From a virus (lineage: Duplodnaviria; Caudoviricetes), in the IMG/VR virus record IMGVR_UViG_3300027743_000358, positions 1 to 51,589 of that record: a DNA stretch of 51,589 nt, one strand, 5' to 3'. The translations under genes were made by a program, and so were the position numbers. The notes under the pieces were generated by a model. That model had not been told where the DNA came from, did not search any database, and saw only the letters and a program-made list of their open reading frames with translations. This document shows, one piece after another, positions 11,601 to 21,881 of the stretch (its first letter is position 1; each line of letters begins with the position of its first letter).

Positions 11601-11927
11601 GAGATACAGAAACCATATTTTGTCGAAAGATTCCCTATTAATAACGCTTCGTCTCCAGCGACCACTAAATATTCTTACATTGCAGAGATATATCCACCTA
11701 CAGATGCGAACAGATGTGAAATAATGGTATATGATTACTATTCAGCACCTAACACATATTATTCGGACTCATTGACAATTAATAGGACAGGTAGGATAAA
11801 AGACGAATATTGGCAATTTGGTGGAGCGGCTTCCCTAGCTACGGCTACGTGGGATGTTGCAAATAATAAGATAACATTAACGGGGTTCACGACAAATATA
11901 AGATACCAAGCAAACTTCTATAGATAA
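8655..11927 (+). CDS. Tail fibre / receptor-binding protein with DNRLRE (CBM96-like) domain
   Basis: Likely start ATG 8655 just after the upstream TAA; Gly/Thr-rich shaft; DTNY...YMKF...AILRFY...WDEDTLTWNN...LDITHLV.GW...NYGIVI motif. Confidence 0.7.
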   Translation: MATRKYRKIDAYLNKAENNLSETINKFGEKVGAITIAPSMADMPVPQSLAKTEGNNSLDKGKLIGEQLSPISVAQNDTTSAITPASDSQMENGRMIGDKLDSINQIPNESIGSIGTSDAALLERSRVTGEQLPAINASLEISQSMDRIPNNDSPIDAGFVKGTPIPESQIVSEEPSIPLPDYHANLVVPQDVLTISNNTEMPIAGSMASAISEVNPSTIASGELNGNTIMKSGYLRSSNYVAGADGWDIEFDGTAQFNNITLIGGSLRYGKTSFDDSTNPGYYLGSEGVYIGSASDATKLKFTIAGGAYDFIGTVSSRLTSTLALAIDVDGHFVDDTLSTASKTILDEFTFGVSGALQIGTYSNGVSGDIRISPNGILGRNSAGDTTFSIDGTTGDATFGGTLVAASGTFGTITSGSLTGLTITGGTIQTDTSGRRLYMTSSGLYGNDSDSHETMLLTGDGRLLIHNFTQDMGIYAVNAKINSNITFDGATLQNRPLIIDGGDYTNISHVLSLEQWAPKMGANATKTGTGTVSLVREMASGIGDGNTMDVFGTNKGTTHKHYKVEIDGVGSPNTFKWSDDGGSTWDATTVAITGSSQTLTSADGSTATLKFSGTTGGVSGDYWTFVLGSYTDYDDTFKRMVFFGTGVGSGPSLWLSDGTTPNGNLTGDAGDLCIYGDSGKMYICSGTTNWNTWNNSPFTHTYTAGENLSADEVVCLKNTYADIQPSDDTMDYSAYGDTNYNDLDDILMKANYGSGQEFGYMKFSMDSVPADIQLAILRFYHRGFTGSGPVTLTFSVADADWDEDTLTWNNHPDPSTEWGLYEGIGAGTIGTWIELDITHLVRGWKGGFLNNYGIVISVSGNSGEVRIDTKEEDGYEPHIRVWDNTTCDGKAYKAQDGEFDDLNNKMYPTVRNVLGIVTVGGNAEASITVQDVNGSIVDGVSGVTAGNIYNVSSAAGDLISTEGELRHITLVGTGVGSESIRLEIQKPYFVERFPINNASSPATTKYSYIAEIYPPTDANRCEIMVYDYYSAPNTYYSDSLTINRTGRIKDEYWQFGGAASLATATWDVANNKITLTGFTTNIRYQANFYR

Positions 11928-11948
11928 AATTTAAATAATTAAAATAAC

Positions 11949-12983
11949 ATGGCAACATATAGTAGAAAACAGGGAGATAACGGGATATACTATCTAGTAG
12001 ATCAATCAGGGAAGCCGATATCTGATTCCGCGTTGATAACAAATGCAATTAATCAGTATGGGGGTTGGGACAATATACCAGTATACCAAGCCGGTGGATC
12101 TAGCGGTGGATCTAGTAACTCCGATACCGGTTCGTTTAGACAAAGGAGAGACAACGAAACTCTACAGGATTATTTAGTTGCCAAATCTGCCTGGGAGTTA
12201 TCTAGCGGGTCAACCACCACAGTGACGTTTCCAAACAATAATGGTGACGGATCTGGTGGAGATGGAAACGATAATTCTAACGACACCCAGGATTTGATAG
12301 ATTACTTCGAAGGTATTTTGAGTGGTAACGACACCGAAAGAGCGACATTGTTTGCACAAGCGCTTATAGACGCTGAGGCCGAGGCCACTCCATATTGGAA
12401 GGAACAAATCGCTATAATAAGGGATGAACTCACTAGAACAATGGGTGATTTGTCTACTAATCTTGCCCTGCAAGAGACAGAATTTCAAAGACGTATTGAT
12501 AGGATAAATGAAGATTTAACATATGGTGCAGAACAGTTGACGATAGCAGAACAAGCAGAACTTACTAGACAGAAGTTGGCATACGAGAACGATATATTAG
12601 GAATTCGAGATCAAATGGCATCTAGGGGACTGACCGATTCATCAATCCGCAGCAGAACCGAAGAATTAGAGAATATATCTAATGAAGACATAGTAAAGAG
12701 CACAACGAGAAAATTCGCTGACAGCCAAAGGAATCTTAGAACAAGTGGACAGGACGATATAGCTGTTATAAATAACCAGGTTACTACCCTTAAGGCCAAG
12801 ACTGCGTCTGACCAACTATCTGCAGTCAGGAAAGTAGAGGGGATTCTAGGAAGCGCCAATATGACAGACTGGTCATCTATGTTACAGGGTGGGTTAACCG
12901 GGACGCTTGCTGACGAAAAGAGAAAAGACATTCTAGTGAGAGCGAACGATAGATTATTAATACCATCATTAAACACAAACTAA
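11949..12983 (+). CDS. Putative internal virion (ejection) protein
   Basis: Gly/Ser/Asn linker, coiled-coil and ASRGLTDSSIR motif; lies after the tail genes. Confidence 0.5.
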   Translation: MATYSRKQGDNGIYYLVDQSGKPISDSALITNAINQYGGWDNIPVYQAGGSSGGSSNSDTGSFRQRRDNETLQDYLVAKSAWELSSGSTTTVTFPNNNGDGSGGDGNDNSNDTQDLIDYFEGILSGNDTERATLFAQALIDAEAEATPYWKEQIAIIRDELTRTMGDLSTNLALQETEFQRRIDRINEDLTYGAEQLTIAEQAELTRQKLAYENDILGIRDQMASRGLTDSSIRSRTEELENISNEDIVKSTTRKFADSQRNLRTSGQDDIAVINNQVTTLKAKTASDQLSAVRKVEGILGSANMTDWSSMLQGGLTGTLADEKRKDILVRANDRLLIPSLNTN

Positions 12984-12987
12984 AACT

Positions 12988-13962
12988 ATGGCAAATATAA
13001 ATTTTTATGACAAGCAAGGGAAGGTGTACCCGTTTGAAGGCACGAAGGAACAGTTTGATAAATGGAATACGTTTGGGTTTACATTGGCCCCAGCGTCTAG
13101 CGGGACAACGGGGAGTGGTTCTAAGAATCCAATTGTAACTCCGAAAGGAGAAACTGGAGACAGTTCACTTATGGGAGGCCTGGGAGACGGACAAGTTGAT
13201 GGATTAACTAGGCTGAAAATATCCTTGAGAGACATGACCAATAAATACTATAAGAAGGGAGTTGTTGAAACATCTGGAAGCGCATTAAAGTTTTTTCAAG
13301 ACAAGGGATACGATTCCAGCAAATTGCCAGGTGGTTTTTCTGGGAAAATCATCGATATGGTAGAAAGACAAGTAAGCGCCAATCTACAACCCGCATGGGA
13401 CAATATGAAAGATATTTTAACTAGTATAGAAACTAATCAGACAAATGCTACGAAAACTGCGCAATCTACAATTAATATGCTTATGGATAATAAATCCTGG
13501 TCCGGGTTAACTACCGCGCAGAGAAGTAAATTATGGGAAACTGCAGGGTTTCCGGGAGATCCGATACTCCCGTCGTCCGTAGATGTCGATGGCATGAAGA
13601 AGGAAATATTGTCTAATATAGATAATTATTATACACAGTACGAGAATGCCAAAGATCCCAAGGCGTTTAAAGAAAACGTTGTCAAGGCGCTGACATCCAC
13701 TTATGGAAAGGATATGTCTGGATATATAGATCAAGTAGTAGGAGCATTGATGCCAGACATTATTTCTAAATCTACCAAGTTAGAAGATATGGATGTTGAT
13801 TCGCAACTTATTATAAGACAAATGAATTTTCAACTGAAGACACAGGGATTCGTAACGGATAATACTACTGGCGAAACTTATAAATACGACGAGATAATCA
13901 GGAAATATCCTCAATGGCAACAGTATTTCACGATGCCAGAAGAAACTGATATACCAACATAA
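12988..13962 (+). CDS. Putative internal virion (ejection) protein
   Basis: Helical composition; between two ejection-like genes. Confidence 0.45.
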   Translation: MANINFYDKQGKVYPFEGTKEQFDKWNTFGFTLAPASSGTTGSGSKNPIVTPKGETGDSSLMGGLGDGQVDGLTRLKISLRDMTNKYYKKGVVETSGSALKFFQDKGYDSSKLPGGFSGKIIDMVERQVSANLQPAWDNMKDILTSIETNQTNATKTAQSTINMLMDNKSWSGLTTAQRSKLWETAGFPGDPILPSSVDVDGMKKEILSNIDNYYTQYENAKDPKAFKENVVKALTSTYGKDMSGYIDQVVGALMPDIISKSTKLEDMDVDSQLIIRQMNFQLKTQGFVTDNTTGETYKYDEIIRKYPQWQQYFTMPEETDIPT

Positions 13963-13963
13963 T

Positions 13964-16900
13964 ATGGACAATAAACAGACATACAGTTTGTTGTCGGCTG
14001 CAGATGAGCAATATTTAAAGAGCACAGGTGTATCTGCAACACCGGCTAAGAATACAAGAAAGGAGGTAGTTCCCAAGAAAAAGATACTTGGAGTTTTTGG
14101 TTCTGATACAAAAACAGTAGAAGAACCGTCATACGGACTGATAGGTCAAGCCGATAAAGTATATCAGAATAAATTTAATAAGGTAGAACCCACATATGGG
14201 GAATATAAAACCGACCAAGGTTGGATTAGCGGTATTATGCCTGAAGAAGTTTCGAAGAAGGCCGAACCATTATCTAGTATATTCAGGAAAAAGGATATAG
14301 AGAAATTGGCAATAAAAGATAAAAATCGCATAGAGACCAGCGCATGGGAGCATGAATCGTCAGAACCGATGATAGTCCCCGATGGAAGCGGTGGGTTTAC
14401 TAAAATTGACAAAGATGAAAAGATATGGCCAGGAGGTACATTCCAGTCAGTTGAGAAGATTGATAAGCCATCGTTTTTTGAGAGACGTCACAATGAGGAG
14501 CTCGGTACAGATACTGTAGTAGGCATGATATTGGACATCGGAGAGCCAGATACCGAGGCAGAAAAGGCCAATAAAAGGTTATGGTTTAAACAACAAGAAC
14601 GTAAAGATAAGGAGAGGGTTATGTCTCTTCAATATAAGATACAGCAGCTAGACACGTCTTTACCAGCAGACTATAAAGAACCAACATCGCGATGGGGGCA
14701 ATTTAAGGAATCGTTTATCAATAATTATGAGGGATCAGTACAACCAGCTATTGGATATTTTGTAGAGGCGTTAGGTAGACAATTGGGTGTTGAATCAATG
14801 CAAGAATGGGGAGCTGACTTCGCAGATAGGCAGATATTAGATTATCTATCTAAGCCAGAGCTGCTATCCCCGGATAATATGGATTCAGGAGAATATATAG
14901 CTAGATCTGTCGGAGGATTACTTCCAGTTAGTTTGAGCATAATGGGTCCAGCGATAGTAGCTGGAATCGTTACCGGTGGTGCAGGCGCTCTAGTAGTTGG
15001 ACTTGGTGGATCATACGCGATAGAGCAAGGTAACGCATATGGATCTATGATCAGAGATGGAGTGGACCCTGGGGTTGCTGCCAAGGCTTCGTCTATATAT
15101 GGAGCGGCGGCATCAGTTATAGAAAACTCGTTCGGTATAAGTCCGGCTAAATTCGGCCTGAAAGCAGTTGAGGGGAAGTTTTTCGAAAAGGTTATCGCAA
15201 AGAATTTTAAATCATACATAATTAAAGAGCTTCCAAGGATGGTAGGGCTTGGATTCTTAGACTCCGCAGTAGAAGGAGGAGAGGAGGTGATACAAGACAT
15301 ATCTGAACGTTTAGTCAATAACTGGATAGGTAATAATAAAGAGTTATTCTCTGGTAATGCGTTAAAACAATATGCAGAAGAATTCTTGTCTGCAGGAGTC
15401 GGATCGATACCACTAGGAATGGTCGATACTATTAAATTACCGGCCATAGAATCTAAGCAAGGCTCGATGATATCAGAACCGTTATCTTCAGTGCTTGACG
15501 ATACGGATAGACGCGTAGCAGTATCATACGATCGACCAGCAGTAAGCGCTAAAGTCTTGAATGATGCGATACCAACTTATTCGTTGGGAGATTCAATATC
15601 GACGGTTGCAGAAGATACTAGCCTTATCTCATCGGCAGAGATAATAAGTGGAAAAGACGCAGCAAGGGATGTTATATCTATTGGTAGCGATCAAGGAGGA
15701 CTTAGTGATTGGACAGTAGATAAAATCAAGAAGGAAGATTACAAGCAGGAAATAATTAGCATCGAAGAACTTAGAAGACTAGACCTAGATCTTGACGAAT
15801 ATCTGAAATCTACGAAGGGGGAAGTAAGAGAATTTGATGGAGAACCATCGTTGATGGACCCGATAGTATCTTCTAGCGGAGAAGTTATAGATGGATATAA
15901 TAGGATTTCTCAGAAGATAGCAGATGGGGAAACTGAGATCTCTATATTGAGGGGAATCAAAACAGAGAAAGGGGTGTCAGCACCGAAAGAATTGCCAGAT
16001 ATCAATGTAAAACAACTTGACGATATTTCTAAGGAATTATTTATAAAGAGGAATGGACAGGAAGATTATGATGAAGGCGTAAAAGAGGGAGCGTTCGGAC
16101 TTGAGAAAATAGAACAGGTTGGCGAAGAATATGACGAAGAGTTTATAGAGAGACATCCCGAGTTAGCTGGAGAACAAATAATAGTATACCACGATGCGGT
16201 AATGGGAGAAGATCTAGCAGTTGTATCTGGCGGTAGGGTAATAGAGGTGTTTGATCCTGAGATTATCAGTATGTCTAAGAGATCCAATGTGGTGGCGAAA
16301 AACATTTCAGAAAAGGAATCAGTAAAACAATCCTTATCCCTGCAATCAGACACAATTAAGTCCATAGACAGTAAGATTAAATCGCTTAATAACGAGAGCA
16401 ATGGGCTTTCTTATTATATGAATGCAAGGCAGATGCAGGAGGCTCAGAGATTAGTTAATGAGATATTATCTAGGGAGCCTAATTTTAATATTGAAGAAGC
16501 CATAGACGAGGGTGCGTCTATGGAACAGTTTAAGGACTATTTTGAAGAAATAAAGAATAAACAAGTTATAAGCGGCAAGAAGTATAATCTGCCGTCGTAT
16601 ATGGATTTTACAGAAGAGATAAACGATCCCAAGAATCCGTTCACTGGATTGTCATACGAAGACGCTGAGTCTAAATATGAAGAACTGATCGGTGATATAG
16701 AAACAAGGGTTAGTTTATTATCAAAGAAGAAGTCTGAGATTAATGGCAACGTAACGAGGGATAAAGACAGAGATAGAAACCGTGAAATAATAGAACAGAA
16801 AAGGATTATAAAAGAAGCTAGGGCTGAGTCAAGGGATCCTATTGATCCATATCTTGATCCGCAAACGCCAAATACTAGTGGTGCTAAGCATGTGATGAAA

Positions 16901-19900
16901 CCATCTAAGGATTTGCAGGAGGAGTGGGGAAGCGCCCTCGGTCCATATTATAAGAATGTTTTTAATAAAGATGCCAAAATGAGCCCTAGCGGTCTGGCTA
17001 GCGAATTAGGCTACGAAGATGAGAAAGAACTCATGCAGGCCATGGAGGACAGGGTACGTCATAGGCAGACATTATATGAGAAAGAGCCAATCTACGATAT
17101 GTTCGGGAATAAGAGAAAGGCCAGAAATCAAGAGACTACTTTTAAAGAATACTTCCCAGAGATATATAGGGTGATGCAATCTGGTCTCAATGCCGGATGG
17201 GCGGACTTTACGTTGGAGGATAAAATAGCAACTAAGCTTTGGGTAAAACAGGGGCAAGAAGGACTTCCAGAACAGGTAGTTGAGAATTTGATTAAACGTG
17301 GTTTCAAAAATACTGGAAGAAATACAGTTAAATCTCCAATAAGTAAATACGATGACGTATGGTCAGGCAGGAGAGATTTCGAGAGCATATTAGCCTTGAA
17401 AATCGATAAGAAACATGCCATAGACGCGCTCTCTGAGATGGCTAGGGCTATGAACGCTAGGGTCTATATAGACAAGATGGGCAAAGAGAGAGGTAAGATT
17501 ACATTCGGTGGAAAGGAAATTTTAATATCAATTAAAGATATCAATGATTTTATAACACTAGGTACAGAGGTGGGGCACCTATTCGACAATATTATTTTAA
17601 AATCTAGTCCCAAAACAAGTTTAGCCGACAGGGTTGGATCATTAATATCATCAGAAGTTAATCTTGCTAGAGAGTTAAAAGAATTATCGAAATATATCGG
17701 ATCATATGCAGGGAAGACAGAAACTCAACCAGTCGAACTATTCGCAGATTGGTTTGTGGCGTATATAAACGAACCGCAGTGGGCGTACTCTATAGCTCCA
17801 GAGTTCACTGGATTAATGGAGAAGGCTTATCCGCAAGATCTTAAGAATATTTTAGATAAATATAGGATAGATCCCAACAAGTTAACTCCGAAGGAAATGC
17901 CGACCAAGGGTGTTATTAGGTGGTTCAATAAGTTTTTTGGGATAAACGAGAAAATATCTCTTCCAAGCAATGTAATTGTGAAACATAGAGAGAGTAGAAA
18001 TGTTTTGACGATTGCAGATAATAAGTTAGCTCAATGGATACAGCTTCCATATTGGATAGCCCAAAGAGATAAAAGATTTGCAGAAGTGTTCAGGCCTATA
18101 TATAGATTGGGCTATAACGCGCATTTCTCTGATCTAGCACACATAGCCAGAATTATGCATTTTGATGAGACAATAAGAAGACCTAAGGAAGAGTTAGAGA
18201 ATGAAAGAAACGTTGTGGCTAGAGCGTTATATGTTGGTAATGATGTAGGTAAGTATTGGGATAGAGAAACATTTATGACCAAGTTCGATGGGACCAAGGA
18301 GGATTGGATAGATTATAGCAATAAGGTGGTTGGAATAAAACTGGCCCTGAAAAGGGTGATAGATAGAAATATCGAAGATATTTGGGCGACTTCATCGATG
18401 ACTCCCGAAGAGAAGATGGCCGCTGAGGAACACGTAAGGAAGATGGAGAAGCAAATGGATGGGTATATACCTACTGTTAGAGAGGGGAATGTACACGTGA
18501 GCGTTGTAAGAAAAGACGAAAACGGTAATAGTACTGTGTTATTTACTCAATTCACCAAGACTATACACGAGGCAAAGGTACTAGCAAAGAGATTATCTGA
18601 TATGGGATACAGGGATAAAATTTATGTATATAAAATATTGCCGAAGAATCTATCATTTTTCAAACAGATTGCTGGGAGTCTTGACCTTTATTCTCTAGAC
18701 AGGATATTGGAGACTCTCGGTATTAACGAAAACGAGAATAAAGACGTTTTGGCCATCAGGGATTTTATCAAGAAAGCGAGAATGCAGGGTAGGCTAGTCC
18801 ATAGGAAGATGATTCCTGGATATGAAAGGAACCTAGGGTCTGCGACAAGAGCCATCGCTCATTTCGCCAACTATTCTTCTAGACATTATTGGAGATCTAA
18901 GGCTACCAGGTCTGCCAGAGAGGCATTGGTTAAGATAGATCCGCACAAAAATCCAGAGATATACGCTTTATCTAATAGCTTTATAGAAAACTGGTCGTGG
19001 TCAGACCAAGATCAATTTTTACAACTTAGAAAGGGTTTGTTCGTATTAAGGTTGGCTGGTAGGGCTAGTCAGGGAGCACAGAACTTGACACAACCGTATA
19101 TAACCACAATACCAGAGTTGGCTAATCACGTAGGGTTTGTCAAGGCTCCAGCGTACTATGCGTTGGGAATCAAAGACGCGACCAAATGGCTTAAGGGTTC
19201 TGTATTGAAGAAAAAGACTAGTACTAATCCGTTACATGCTAGATTAATTCAAAGGGCGGTGGACGAGAGAGTAATATCTGGAGTGTTAGCTCAACAATTA
19301 CTTAGCGATTCAAACTATAAAGTTGATGCTGTATTCCAGGCCCTATCTTTCATACAAAAGCAGACAGAATTATGGAACAGGTACACTACGGCTTTTGCAG
19401 CGTTAAGGGTGGCTACAGACGCACTTAAGATGACTGACGAAAATAAGATATATGTTTTTATGTCAGAGATGGTTAACAGAACACAGTACCCATATGGTAG
19501 TTATAACTTACCGAACATAATAGCGGGGGCCGGAAAAATGAAAGGGTTGGCGAAAACTATGTTAATGTTTAAGTCGTGGCCCATAAATTATATACACTTC
19601 ATCAGTCAGAGGGTTTTGCATGGAAATCTCGCAGCAAAAGCATGGTGGGGCATTATGAATATGATATTTGTGGGGGCGCTGGGATTCCCATTCATGAGCA
19701 TTATAAGATGGATGATTAGGAAGATAACCGGTAGGGATCCCGTCATAGTACTTAGGGGAGCTGTCGGGGAAGATAACCAATGGATGGCCGATGTTATGAT
19801 GAATGGGGCCTTTCCATTAGGAAATATAAATGTAACAAATTTAGTAGGAATGGGAGATATTATATCTCCATCGTATGACCCGATGGGACAGATATTCGGA

Positions 19901-20449
19901 CCTGGGTATTCATTAGGTGACGACATAATGCAAGCGTATAATTACATAAGTGATGGCGATTATGACAAGGCGTTAGAGTTGATTATGCCTTCATCATTGA
20001 ATAGTCTATTGGTCGGAGGTAGATGGCAAGAAGAGGGTGTCAAAATTGGTAATAAACAGATTGAACTAACCACTAGCGAAGTGGTACAGAAGATGCTAGG
20101 TTTCACTCCAAATAGGATATACAAAGAGTACGATTTCAAAAGTGTTGTTAATTCCTATAGTGGGCAAATGACTACCATTAAGAATAGAATCTCTAATGAT
20201 TCTAAAAGAGGGATGACCTATGCAGATATCAAGGATAAATATCTGGACGACGTTAAGGAATATAACAGAAAGGTATTAGATGAGTTGGCTGTTATGACTG
20301 CAGTTGGCGTACCGATAACACATAAGCAGAAAGATTCGCTTATAACACAGTATACTATTTCTGGAGATGAAATTAAGAATGCATATAACAAAGGTCATGA
20401 TGAATACAAAAGAATACAAAAATGGACAACGAAACGGAAAACCGAATAA
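13964..20449 (+). CDS. Large polyvalent / DNA ejection protein (2161 aa)
   Basis: Gly/Ala hydrophobic segments, EGGEE motif, ParB-like segment (PIV...VIDGYNR), degenerate zincin-like motif (TEVGH...ELFAD), C-terminal FKSWPINY/GALGFPF region. Confidence 0.7.
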   Translation: MDNKQTYSLLSAADEQYLKSTGVSATPAKNTRKEVVPKKKILGVFGSDTKTVEEPSYGLIGQADKVYQNKFNKVEPTYGEYKTDQGWISGIMPEEVSKKAEPLSSIFRKKDIEKLAIKDKNRIETSAWEHESSEPMIVPDGSGGFTKIDKDEKIWPGGTFQSVEKIDKPSFFERRHNEELGTDTVVGMILDIGEPDTEAEKANKRLWFKQQERKDKERVMSLQYKIQQLDTSLPADYKEPTSRWGQFKESFINNYEGSVQPAIGYFVEALGRQLGVESMQEWGADFADRQILDYLSKPELLSPDNMDSGEYIARSVGGLLPVSLSIMGPAIVAGIVTGGAGALVVGLGGSYAIEQGNAYGSMIRDGVDPGVAAKASSIYGAAASVIENSFGISPAKFGLKAVEGKFFEKVIAKNFKSYIIKELPRMVGLGFLDSAVEGGEEVIQDISERLVNNWIGNNKELFSGNALKQYAEEFLSAGVGSIPLGMVDTIKLPAIESKQGSMISEPLSSVLDDTDRRVAVSYDRPAVSAKVLNDAIPTYSLGDSISTVAEDTSLISSAEIISGKDAARDVISIGSDQGGLSDWTVDKIKKEDYKQEIISIEELRRLDLDLDEYLKSTKGEVREFDGEPSLMDPIVSSSGEVIDGYNRISQKIADGETEISILRGIKTEKGVSAPKELPDINVKQLDDISKELFIKRNGQEDYDEGVKEGAFGLEKIEQVGEEYDEEFIERHPELAGEQIIVYHDAVMGEDLAVVSGGRVIEVFDPEIISMSKRSNVVAKNISEKESVKQSLSLQSDTIKSIDSKIKSLNNESNGLSYYMNARQMQEAQRLVNEILSREPNFNIEEAIDEGASMEQFKDYFEEIKNKQVISGKKYNLPSYMDFTEEINDPKNPFTGLSYEDAESKYEELIGDIETRVSLLSKKKSEINGNVTRDKDRDRNREIIEQKRIIKEARAESRDPIDPYLDPQTPNTSGAKHVMKPSKDLQEEWGSALGPYYKNVFNKDAKMSPSGLASELGYEDEKELMQAMEDRVRHRQTLYEKEPIYDMFGNKRKARNQETTFKEYFPEIYRVMQSGLNAGWADFTLEDKIATKLWVKQGQEGLPEQVVENLIKRGFKNTGRNTVKSPISKYDDVWSGRRDFESILALKIDKKHAIDALSEMARAMNARVYIDKMGKERGKITFGGKEILISIKDINDFITLGTEVGHLFDNIILKSSPKTSLADRVGSLISSEVNLARELKELSKYIGSYAGKTETQPVELFADWFVAYINEPQWAYSIAPEFTGLMEKAYPQDLKNILDKYRIDPNKLTPKEMPTKGVIRWFNKFFGINEKISLPSNVIVKHRESRNVLTIADNKLAQWIQLPYWIAQRDKRFAEVFRPIYRLGYNAHFSDLAHIARIMHFDETIRRPKEELENERNVVARALYVGNDVGKYWDRETFMTKFDGTKEDWIDYSNKVVGIKLALKRVIDRNIEDIWATSSMTPEEKMAAEEHVRKMEKQMDGYIPTVREGNVHVSVVRKDENGNSTVLFTQFTKTIHEAKVLAKRLSDMGYRDKIYVYKILPKNLSFFKQIAGSLDLYSLDRILETLGINENENKDVLAIRDFIKKARMQGRLVHRKMIPGYERNLGSATRAIAHFANYSSRHYWRSKATRSAREALVKIDPHKNPEIYALSNSFIENWSWSDQDQFLQLRKGLFVLRLAGRASQGAQNLTQPYITTIPELANHVGFVKAPAYYALGIKDATKWLKGSVLKKKTSTNPLHARLIQRAVDERVISGVLAQQLLSDSNYKVDAVFQALSFIQKQTELWNRYTTAFAALRVATDALKMTDENKIYVFMSEMVNRTQYPYGSYNLPNIIAGAGKMKGLAKTMLMFKSWPINYIHFISQRVLHGNLAAKAWWGIMNMIFVGALGFPFMSIIRWMIRKITGRDPVIVLRGAVGEDNQWMADVMMNGAFPLGNINVTNLVGMGDIISPSYDPMGQIFGPGYSLGDDIMQAYNYISDGDYDKALELIMPSSLNSLLVGGRWQEEGVKIGNKQIELTTSEVVQKMLGFTPNRIYKEYDFKSVVNSYSGQMTTIKNRISNDSKRGMTYADIKDKYLDDVKEYNRKVLDELAVMTAVGVPITHKQKDSLITQYTISGDEIKNAYNKGHDEYKRIQKWTTKRKTE

Positions 20450-20667
20450 TTAGCTCCCTATCAAGTCAAGGGGCTGATATAGCCTGGATAAAGGCTGAAG
20501 TATCTGATATAAAAACTAACTGCTTAGCGACAATGAGGGGTGAGATAGGAGAACTCAAGGTATCCATGAACAAGAGACCTCAGGTTTGGACATCTGCACT
20601 AATCACCATATTATGTTCAACATTAGTAGGTTTAGTAGTTTATCTTCTGACACATATATCTGACTAG
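20422..20667 (+). CDS. Small coiled-coil + C-terminal TM protein
   Basis: IAWIKAEVSDIK coiled-coil followed by ALITILCSTLVGLVVYLL. Confidence 0.55.
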   Translation: MDNETENRIISSLSSQGADIAWIKAEVSDIKTNCLATMRGEIGELKVSMNKRPQVWTSALITILCSTLVGLVVYLLTHISD

Positions 20668-20684
20668 ATGCGCTAAACTAGACC

Positions 20685-20729
20685 TGTGGATAACTACCTA
20701 TTGACAAGAATAGATAAATTTGATACAAT
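20685..20729 (+). promoter_or_regulatory. sigma70 promoter with upstream DnaA box
   Basis: TGTGGATAA 20685-93; TTGACA 20701-06, 17 bp, TG-n-TACAAT 20724-29. Confidence 0.85.
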
Positions 20730-20774
20730 GGATTCAGAGGTGTAGTTTGAGGTTTATAATTAAAGGGTGGAAAT

Positions 20775-21881
20775 ATGAAAATACAACGCGTAGAGGGTTT
20801 TGTTCCAAAGAGTTCTTTTTCATCAGAGAAGACTAAGCGGGGCAAAAGGGAGGTGACAACCGTGCCCAAGTATCAGTGTACTAAGTGCGGTAAGGAATTC
20901 ACATCCGGGAGCGCTCTCAAGTATCACTTGGAGCATAACGTATGTGAAACGGTGAAGTCTGGACCGAAGGGGGTGGTGTTCAATGATGCTATCACTGACA
21001 TCATCTCCAAGATAGGCCAGGCTGGGATGGTCCCATTGAAGCCAATCAAGGCTCCGAAGATCTTGAAGGGAGGTGGAGACGAAGAGCAGATCGTGTTGAA
21101 GCTGTCGGACTGGCAGTTGGGGCACAAGACACGCTCTTTCAACATGGAGGTTGCGAGACAACGTGTCGAGAAGTGCATCAGTGCAGTCATCAAGATCGCC
21201 GAGAAACACAGGCAAGCGTATCCGATTAGGCGGATCAACGTCTTCCTGGAGGGAGACTTCATCCACAACGAGAAGGTTGGCCAGACGATTGACCTAGACG
21301 AGCTAGAGGCGACCCTAATGACTCAGGTCTATGGGGGAGCAGTTCCATTGCTCATCTGGGCTATCGGAGAGCTGGCCAGGTTCTTCGAGGAGGTCTACGT
21401 TTACCCTGTCCGTGGAAATCACGGTAAGGGAGAGAAGTGGAATTCGAACCAGGCGAACTGGGATGACGTCGTGTACCACACGCTCGCCATCAAGTTCTCG
21501 GAGAATCCGAGAGTGAAGATCCATCTGACAGACGAGTATTACCAGATGGTCAACATACTGGGGACGAAGTTCTTGATCGTCCATGGAGACCAAGTGCGTG
21601 GTGGCTCCTACGGGATTCCGCTATACGCACTTCTCACAAGGATGCTGAGATGGGGAACGTCGTTTGAAGAGAAGTGGGATGTTCTATCTGTCGCTCACTG
21701 GCATTGCTACTCGCATCTTGAGCAGAATGGTCAGGAGCTGATCGTAAACGGAACGCTTGTCAGCGATGACGAGTTCGTCCGCAGAACGTACGGGTGGAAC
21801 TCCAGTACGCTTCAAGTGATGTTCGGGGTACATCCTCGCCAGGGGATTACCTGGGAATACAGGATCAAGCTTGGGAAGTGA
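20775..21881 (+). CDS. Calcineurin-like metallophosphoesterase with N-terminal zinc finger
   Basis: SDWQLG, GDFIH, GNHG, HGD and AHWH motifs; CxxC-x12-HxxxxxC finger; alternative GTG start at 20862 behind GGAGGTGA. Confidence 0.8.
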   Translation: MKIQRVEGFVPKSSFSSEKTKRGKREVTTVPKYQCTKCGKEFTSGSALKYHLEHNVCETVKSGPKGVVFNDAITDIISKIGQAGMVPLKPIKAPKILKGGGDEEQIVLKLSDWQLGHKTRSFNMEVARQRVEKCISAVIKIAEKHRQAYPIRRINVFLEGDFIHNEKVGQTIDLDELEATLMTQVYGGAVPLLIWAIGELARFFEEVYVYPVRGNHGKGEKWNSNQANWDDVVYHTLAIKFSENPRVKIHLTDEYYQMVNILGTKFLIVHGDQVRGGSYGIPLYALLTRMLRWGTSFEEKWDVLSVAHWHCYSHLEQNGQELIVNGTLVSDDEFVRRTYGWNSSTLQVMFGVHPRQGITWEYRIKLGK

